Assembly (NCBI GenBank): GCA_951406725.2
Contig: OX597814.1
Location: 106,082,001-106,146,000 of the forward strand
Direction: 5' to 3'
DNA: 64,000 bases
Source of the DNA: Octopus vulgaris
Lineage: Eukaryota
Under the pieces are notes generated by a model that saw only the letters and a list, made by a program, of their open reading frames with translations, had not been told where the DNA came from and ran no database searches. This document shows, in pieces, positions 52,083 through 64,000 of this stretch (the first letter of the stretch is position 1; each line of letters opens with the position of its first letter). The position numbers were made by a program, and so were the translations under genes.

Positions 52083-52626
52083 ATATATATGTGTATGTAT
52101 GTATGTGTGTGTAGATACGTATACATGTGTGTATAGGTATAAGTGAGAATCTCCTTATTTACCTATAACTCTATCCCCCCTTTTTTTATATATATATTTT
52201 TTTATATATATATTTTATATATATATATTTTTTTATATATATTTTTTATATTTTTTATTTTTTTATTTTTTTACTTTATTTTTTTATTTTTTTATTTTTT
52301 ATTTTTTATTTTTTATTTTTTATTTTTTTATTTTTTTATTTTATCTATTCTTTCATCTAACTTACCACTGACTCCTTGACCACTCCCCAAGTATGATATT
52401 TTGCGCTATGCCTACCCCCAAAAAGTCCCCCACCACCACTCCTTTAAACCTGCCTAAATGTATAAATGCTAATACAATTCTTGTTAAATAGCTTCCTGAA
52501 GATTTCTCTTGAATGAAACAGTACTAGTCCTGTAGAAGCTCCTTCTATATAATAAATTAATTTTACTCTGCTATGTATTGAGTACCTTACTTACTGTGGT
52601 TAACCCCGAATCAACCCGGGACCTAC
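49488..52626 (+). mobile_element. Second P1 PLE copy: GIY-YIG C-terminus, ~2.9-kb microsatellite-rich 3' region, HHR, (TA)n
   Basis: 49495-49693 translates TKWKLLQKARSYTGGHTCCDLCISESLEILFAKGPLLNKFSEHSPNCLHKKY...*, near-identical to the end of the 692-1192 ORF. The terminus matches 2146-2318. Confidence 0.88.
52490..52540 (+). ncRNA. Type I hammerhead ribozyme (P1 terminus)
   Basis: agcttc-CTGAAGA-tttc tctt gaat-GAAA-cag tactagtc ctg-TA-gaagct. Differences from the 2185 copy fall only in loops and the variable core position. Confidence 0.87.
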
Positions 52627-52647
52627 ATATATATATATATATATATA

Positions 52648-52855
52648 AAGTTAATCCAAACAAGAAAGCACAAAAAAACACAACAACGCGAGGACGTGGA
52701 ACAAATATAGTATTATTGGACGCTCAGGAAAGAAGGAAAGAAGGAGGGTTTAACGTTTCGAGCGGAACTCTTCGTCGGAAACATAGGAGAAGGAAAGATC
52801 CCGAGAAGGGAAAACAGAGGAAAAACATCGCCAACGGTACACACTCGGTCACATT
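52648..52855 (-). mobile_element. PLE-type 3' end family P4 with variant minimal HHR at 52748-52782
   Basis: Reverse complement reads gttt-CCGACGAA-gag ttccg ctc-GAAAC GTT-aaac. Confidence 0.7.
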
Positions 52856-52909
<54 letters not shown>

Positions 52910-53689
52910 TGTATGTATGTATGTATGTATGTATGTGTGTATGTGTGTATATAATACATATATATATATATATATATATAAAGTATGTATGTATGCTTAT
53001 ATACACCTAGACACTCAGCGCGCGCACACACACACGCCCCCCCTACACACACGCCCCCCCAACACACACGCCCCCCCCTACACACACGCCCCCCCCCCTA
53101 CACACGCCCCCCATACACACACACACTCACACGCAAGCACACACACACACAAACACATAAACACAGACGTCGACATAGACACATGCATCGACTTGCATAG
53201 AAACACACGCGCTCGTACGCACGCAACGTGCAAAAAGCGTCAAGTAGGAACAAAGAACCGTTGCTCGCCTCAATTACAAACGATGTCGACTTATTGATAA
53301 ACATCAATGAGGTTAACTCTGCTATTATCTTCCAGAATTAAAGTGTTCGTTTATACTTCCTGTCCGTTCTTCTATACTTATGTGCGATGTTATTCATGGC
53401 TTACGTAATCAGAACTTAGTAACAAACAAGCGAAACCTAATTGTAATTGGGTGGGAAATATATCGAAAATATACGTGAAACCATAGAGAGGAATCGCTGA
53501 AAATGATAAAGCAACACACACATACATACACACAAGCACGCCACACATGTATGTGCATGTGCACACATATACATGTGTGTGTATGTGTGTGTACATGTGC
53601 GCGTGTGTTTGTGTGTGTGCGTGTGTGTGTGGCACATATACATATACAAAGTCTGTTCCAATTGAATTGAATTGAATTGGAACAGACTG

Positions 53690-55998
<2,309 letters not shown>

Positions 55999-56009
55999 TA
56001 ATAATAATG

Positions 56010-57347
56010 GTTACAAATTTTGTCACAAGGGCAGCAATTTTGGGGCGGGCATGAGTCGATTACGTTGACCCCAGTGTTTCACTGGTACTTATTTTAGCGA
56101 CCCCTAAAAGGTGAAAGATAAGGTCAAAACGTAGCGACCGGCGAAATACCGCTAAGCATTTCGTCCAGCGCACCAACTATTCTGCCAGCTCGCCCCCTTA
56201 ATAACAACAACGACAACAACATAAGCACAATACTACTGAAATTTTGGATGAAGTGGTTAAACGAATTAATAGATTTTTTTTTCCTCCGCGCTGAAGTTTA
56301 CGGAACGTTGTTCTTCTCTCTAATTCCAAAGCGAACTAAAAAAAAAGGAACATAGAGTATTTAGTCACAACCTGCGTCACTCGATGTATTCTACACTACC
56401 ATTCTTTTGATTTATACAGCTTCTTAAAATCCACAACAATTTAGGCACTTCCTCTCAGAAATTCATTCTACGTTGCAGTTCCATCACAAAGTCCTCCCAC
56501 ATCAATGGATGCCAGCATTGGCGTTTGCTTTGAAATTCCGAGATCCCAGGTTCAGTACTAACTTGCTCAGACTCGTTTCCTTCTCAAAAACTTTTATTTG
56601 ATTTTTGTAAATAAAATACCGCAAATTTACGTAGCATAGCAATAGTCACTTGTAGACTCTTTTACTAATAAATTCTCCAATTATAAGTTTGCTTGGTATT
56701 ATACAGTTCTTTAGTCTGCAAGGGAACAAACCATTGGTGTAAGAAGCTGTTAAAGTAAGTTTCTGTTTCACCTTCTCTGATTAAACATTTTGTTATCAGC
56801 CCGCCTTAAGACCATTTGTGTTCAATGATAGAAATTCCATGATTTAAAATGACCGAAATAAAAAGCTTCCATGAAAATTTCCTTCTAATTTGTTCCAAAT
56901 ACAGGTTTAATAATAGTTTTTAAAATTGCTGCACGGCCTGAAACTTGAGGGTGGTTGTCAGTCGATTACATTGATCCCAGTACTTTCTTTGGTATTTTAT
57001 TTATCGACTCTGAAAGGATGAAACACTAAGTTGACCACGGTAGGTTTTGAGTTATGAACGGAAACAGCCGAAAGAAATGTCACTTAGCATTTTCTCCGAC
57101 GTGCTAACGGATCTGTTTCTTTACTACCCACAAGGGGCTAAATATAGAGGGGACAAACAAGGACAGACAAACGGATTAAGTCGATTACATCGACCCCAGT
57201 GCATAACTGGTACTTAATTTATCGACCCCGACAGGATGAAAGGCAGAGTCGACCTCGGCGGAATTTGAACTCAGAACGCAGCGACGGGCGAAATACCACG
57301 AAGCACTTCGCCCGGCGTGCTAACGAATCTGCCAGCTCGCCGCCTTA
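56010..57347 (-). mobile_element. SINE S1 copies (56010-56200; 56930-57347)
   Basis: S1 core and head (ctgccagctcgccgcctt). Confidence 0.8.
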
Positions 57348-57737
57348 ATACTGGATTAATATGACAAAATTAATCGAAACACGCGCAATGTATTTCAATA
57401 GAAATACGATTGGAGGATATTCAGATCGTCTCATTTAAGTGGAATGGAGATAAAATTCTGGGGAAAATGTTGCGTCTTGAATTTATCTCCAAATTGCAAT
57501 CGACATAAGTGGTTGGTCTCCATTCTCAACATTGTCGCAATCTTATCAAATCCCTCAGCATCTCACTTCCCCCGTTAGGGTTGATTTGCTTCCACAATCC
57601 ACTCCTTGTACCAATTCTACCAATAATAAATTGTGAAGCTTCCTGTATTTGGAATCGCCATTGATGGAATAACTTATGCAATCGTGATAGAACAAACGTG
57701 CACACGCTTATTCGTGTATGACTGCATAATTGTCTAT

Positions 57738-57800
<63 letters not shown>

Positions 57801-58249
57801 CCATGCATCTGCAGAAAAGCATTCTCTTTCCATCAACATATTTTTTATCTGATCTGTTATGTTACAAAAAAAAAAGAAAAAAACAAAACCGTTTGTGTGC
57901 CCCGGTTGAAAGAGTTTCGTGAAATATTTCCCCTGTTCCGTTATTAGTCATGCCTTGTTAGAAACAATACACTTTCTAAGTGCCATCAACGTTGCAAGAC
58001 CTTTCCGGTGGAAATTCTAATGTGAAATAATTATGGAGCCAGTTGTTATGACCAACCTTAATTGCAGACCAGATACACAGAAACACTGTTGTATTGTTGA
58101 CAGGATGTTTTATCTCGGCAACGAGTTCGACGCTAAATTTCGCTATAAACATGGAGCTTTCTGATTCATCAATCAATTTTATTCGAGTCCCTTTTGTTTT
58201 TAATCACTTCGATATGTTGAAATAGAAGCAAAATAAGAAAGCAGATCTT

Positions 58250-59027
58250 CTATCTTTTATCTCTTACTTGTTTCAGTCATTAGACTGCGGCCATGCTGGG
58301 GCACCGTTTTAAAGAACTTTTAGTCGAATGAATCGATATCAATACTTATATTCTATGAAGGTTAGTACTTATTGTATCGGTTCATTTTGCCGAATCACTA
58401 TGTTACGGGGACGTAAACACACTAACAACTGTTCTCAACAGGTGACGGGAAACAAACACAGGCTTAAAGACACACGAATACATACATATATGTGTGGGCT
58501 TGTGCCTGTGTGCGCGTGTGTGTGCGTAGACCACAGGCTTCTTTCCGTTTCCGTCTGCCAAATTCATTCACAAGGATTTGGACGAGACGAGGCTACAGTA
58601 GAAAAGACTTGCTCAAGACGCCAGGTAGTGGGACTGATCGCAGAACCATTTGGTTAGGAAGCAAGCTTCTTCCCTCACAGCCAAGGCCGGATGTTTTTCT
58701 TTCATCACTCAGTTTTGAGTATTGTCAATTAGATGCGTGAAATTAAAAGCAAAATAAGAAGACAGGTAATCAGAAATGTTAACATTGGTGCATGGATATT
58801 GTGCAACGACAGTGATATACATCCATATGGAGATATCTTTATCAGTGTTGATGTTATCACATGCATGAAAGAAGTAAATGATGGAGACTTGTTTACAACG
58901 AGCAACGAAAATCTATTGTTATTGGATTGTGAGACATCGATTGTCTTCATCATAATCGTAAATAAGCACACCCATCGATATATAGGGATATATATATACA
59001 TACATAAATATATACATATTTATGTGA

Positions 59028-59067
<40 letters not shown>

Positions 59068-59123
59068 AGGTATCTATAGATGATATGATACATAAAGACA
59101 CAGATGTACATACATTATAGTAT

Positions 59124-59167
<44 letters not shown>

Positions 59168-59183
59168 CCATATATATATATAC

Positions 59184-59274
<91 letters not shown>

Positions 59275-59637
59275 AATATATACATATATATTCTTTTATT
59301 CTCTCACTAGTTCCAGTCATTTGAATGCAGCCATGCTGGAGCACCGTCCTATAGGGTTTTAGTCGAATAAATTGACACCAGGAATTAATTCTTAAGCCTA
59401 TTATCGTGCTTGTTTTTCAAGCCGCTAAGTTACGGGGAAATAAGCATGTGAACACCGGTTGTCGAGCGGTGATGTGGAGATAAACACAGACACAAAGACA
59501 CACACATATAAGTATATATATGTACGTATGTATTAATGTACGTATGTATGTATGTATGTATACGAGAGGCTTCTTTCAGTTTCCGTCTATCAAACCGACT
59601 CACAAGACTTTGGTCGGTCCGAGGCTATAGTAGAAGA
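58250..59637 (-). mobile_element. SINE S2 copies (58250-58690; 59290-59637)
   Basis: ttgtttcagtcattagactgcggccatgctggggcaccg tail and S2 body. Confidence 0.8.
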
Positions 59638-59722
59638 ATATATTTATTTTTAATGTAACATATATGTTGTGCGTCTGTATGCATATGTATATAACAGTAT
59701 ACATTCACGTATATATACACTG

Positions 59723-59771
<49 letters not shown>

Positions 59772-59772
<1 letters not shown>

Positions 59773-60200
59773 ATTTGATTTTAATCTAGTTTCAGCTCAT
59801 GATCTGTGGCCGTGCTAGGGCACCGCCATTTGGTGTTGCTACATAATTTTACTTCATTAATTCCTTTCAGAAAATGACGCTTGGTGCATGAGGTAGTTTG
59901 ATGCCCTCATCTGCACTTCCTGCTGTGAAGTTGGTTCGTCTGGGACACTTGACAGTAAGAGGTCCAGTTTCCGTTTGAAGACACCTACACCCACCCCATG
60001 TTGGTCTCTTAGGTCCTTCGGGAGGATATTGAACAGCTGCAATATCTCGATGGCAAATTTGGAGTCCTTGGCACTATGCAGTGACGCCCTGTTCTGGCAT
60101 TTGTGTAATTCTTGATGCCAAAGTTTGGGACAAGTCCCTCCAGGATCTTCCACATGTATATTATGGCATATCTTTCCAGCCATGCTAACCACGGCCTTTT
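59772..60200 (-). mobile_element. CR1/L2-group LINE ORF2 C-terminus and 3' tail
   Basis: ERYAIIYMWKILEGLVPN...TGRHC and QLFNILPKDLRD...FKRKLD.LL..VPDEP. Clade assigned from motif recall only. Confidence 0.75.
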
Positions 60201-61189
60201 CCAGATATCGCACAAAACTAACAAAATCCTGACTACTTTTTCAGAACAGCTAAGACGTTATAGAAAAGTAATTCAATTATTATTTCTAGCAGTTGTAGTC
60301 CCAATGAGGAGCTTTACTCTTATTTATTGCGATGATGGGTATTCAGTAATATTTCCAGTTGTCTTTTATTCCATTTTTTAGCTAATATTTTTCTTTTTAG
60401 CAGCAAAGAATAGAACATAATGCTCTTTCAGCACTTTGGACTTGTGTTCTTGGATTTCGAACAATTCCAACAAATTTAGATTTCTTCAACATCTGCTGAA
60501 ACTGCAATTTCTCTCTTTCATTTTATTTCTTTCTTTAAATATATTTTTACGTATTTTTTCTTGTATTTGTTCCGTTTTACCAATTCTTTATATATATATT
60601 TTTTCTTTAGTTTGTCTTTTGTTCTTTCTCTAGTTTTTTTTTAATTTTCTTTCCCGTTTCGATAATTCAAGCGTTTCTTCCTTGAATTCTTTCTGTTCAT
60701 TTTTGTTTTTACTTCCCTAACAAGAAGGAAATGTAGAAAAATTTCCAAAATGGTAAATCAGAGAAAATAATGTGACTCTGAACACACAAAAAGAAGTATT
60801 TTTCGGATATTAATAGTGTGACGCTTAAATTACCAGATATTGATACCATTCCGAAAGGAACTATGTCGCCAATTCCAGTCATTGAACCCCGTGAAAGTTT
60901 GCCTTAGCTAAGCAGTAATGGTGGAATTGTCTGGATGGAGTTAACCACACCCTCAAAAAAAATCCTCTTTTCTCTTGTTTTTATAATTTTATGTCGACAA
61001 CACCATCTTTAACACTTCTGAAATCATCACTATCAATATATCATTCATACATACATACATACATACATACATACATACGTATACACACGAACTTATTTAC
61101 ACACATATACATGTATATACGAATAAATATTCTCTTTTTCTAAATGCATGGTAATAATAAAAATAATAATAACGATGATAATAATGATG

Positions 61190-61271
<82 letters not shown>

Positions 61272-61306
61272 TACTAATAGTAATAATAATGATTTATATA
61301 TGTATG

Positions 61307-61367
<61 letters not shown>

Positions 61368-61749
61368 TGCTATTTCCCCAGCAGCATATAACAATGTTAC
61401 CACCATGATAAGATAGCGAGATAAGATATCGACGTGTCAAATTTATTTCGCGGTTTAGAGTTAGAATTGAAGAATTCGTCATAGAATTTTAATCTCATTG
61501 GGACTAGGCATGAAGGCTACTATTTCCAGTCTCTTTGTTTTTAAAATGTACAACATCTAAATCAAATAAAGCTAGTATAGAGGAAATTGTCGTAAGACAA
61601 GACAGCGACACGCGATATTAATTCTTAAAAAGAGCTGAGTAAACTTGACGTGAGGAGTAGAAAATGCAACGGTTAGGTCAATGTGCTTCTTGAAGGAAAA
61701 ATTGAAAAGGGAGAAATAAATGCGATACAGCAAAGTTTTACATCATCTA

Positions 61750-62130
61750 AGTAAAAAAAAAAAAAACTGGCTGCAACTGATAAGGAACGTATGACCAGGT
61801 AAACTTCAAACATGAACAAGAAGTAGTAAGAGAAAGATCGTGAGAAGGGAAAAAGAAGGAATGAAATGAGGAACAGGAAAAGGCGAGAGAGAGGCGAAGG
61901 GGGAAGATGAGGTGAGAGGGGAGTTGAAAGAAGAGAAAGGGGTTAATGAACAAAGAGGATGGGTAGGCGTAGAAGAGAAAGCCTTCATTTAAATATGTCG
62001 GCGACGTGGTGCCAAGTTCAAATATGAAACGTTGTTCCTTTACTTTCCTTAAGGATGTGAATGGTGTGTGGCAATGTCGCATACAGATGTGTGATGGTTT
62101 GGCCTCACATACGTTGTAGTATGCTTCGAT
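61750..62130 (-). mobile_element. Degenerate PLE (Neptune/Poseidon-like) GIY-YIG C-terminus + CT-rich UTR
   Basis: RKVKEQRFIFELGTTSPTYLNEGF resembles the R..E...IF.LGT..P.GLN ending of PLE endonucleases. Confidence 0.6.
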
Positions 62131-62524
62131 TTTGCTCTGGAAAAGTATCAGCAAGTTGCCAGTTTGATTGGGTTTCATATTCTATTATGCCACTGATAGA
62201 CCTGGCTATTGATTGGATCACTTAATTATATAGCTACAGATTAATTCATTAGTCGGTTATGGGATTACAAAGTGAGACAAGCAGAAAATATGTGACTGTA
62301 GCTGGACGCTAGGAGGCTGTAGAGAGAGACAAAAGGAAGATACGACTCTACTGGGAAACAAGAGCGGGAATATGCGAATGTTGTGGAAGGGAATAGAAAA
62401 ATAATATCTCGAGGAATGTATGTGACAGTATTCATTTCAAATTTTGGCACAAGGCCAGTTATACTCAAAGGGATGGAAAGCAGAGTTGACCTCAGCGGAA
62501 TTTGAACTTAGAACGTAATATATA

Positions 62525-63252
<728 letters not shown>

Positions 63253-63402
63253 ACAATCTATGGGGATATTATTTAAAAATTTGATTCCATGTCATTTTAA
63301 GTGTGTATCTGTGTGTGTGTGTGTGTGTATTGTAAATTATTTTGTAATCTATCATATTCATACTAAATTGTTTCTCATACATAACTAGACCGAAAAGCAA
63401 AC

Positions 63403-63447
<45 letters not shown>

Positions 63448-63779
63448 TATGCACACACACACACGTACACACAACCAAATAACGACGGATTGACTTCATA
63501 GTGATTTGAACGTACAACAATGAAGTGTGGCAAATCTATCAACTGAGAGCAATTTTCTCTCACGAACTCCCGTTTCAATCTTTTCTTATGACACATCTCT
63601 TCCCCCCTCTCTCTCTTTCACTTTCTCTTCTTTTCTTTACCCCTCTCTATCTGTTACATTTTATCCCCCTCTATGATACGTGCATGTACACATAAGCTGC
63701 TGGTGTTTGTGAGCCTATATATAAATGTGTGTGTGCGTGTGCGTATGTAAATATATATATGTATATACATATATATGTG

Positions 63780-63837
<58 letters not shown>

Positions 63838-64000
63838 TACACACACATACATATGTAAATACATTTATGAATGTGTCTGCACATACATACGAACATATAC
63901 ACGTATATATTTATATATACATACACATGCACTTCTATATTTTATTATACACACACACACACTCATACGTACACACACTCACAGACACATGCGTTCACCC

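Overview
AT-rich, microsatellite-dense eukaryotic DNA with no recognisable intact host gene. The SINE, LINE and microsatellite content suggests a cephalopod (Octopus-like) intergenic or intronic region; this assignment is inference. Almost all long ORFs in the track are translations of (TA)n/(CA)n/(TACA)n/(AAT)n repeats. The interpretable content is mobile DNA. (i) Penelope-like elements (PLEs) of Naiad-like type, with RT YRDD and a C-terminal GIY-YIG, plus many short PLE-type 3' ends abutting (TA)n. (ii) About 15 type I hammerhead-ribozyme (HHR) motifs, ranging from intact to degenerate, from several sequence families. (iii) Co-oriented stacks of Dong/R4-like REL-endonuclease LINE fragments in (AAT)n. 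(iv) Three or four tRNA-derived SINE families, CR1/L2-group LINE ends sharing a 3' tail with one SINE, two mariner remnants and a non-autonomous Helitron. The best candidate for an undescribed system is 19770-21605. It is a nearly identical, non-coding ~497-bp tandem array in which every unit carries a well-formed hammerhead ribozyme. It is inserted in (TA)n with a twin-priming-like 5' inversion, so it looks like a retrozyme that could produce ~497-nt linear or circular RNAs. All structures were folded by eye and many boundaries are approximate.
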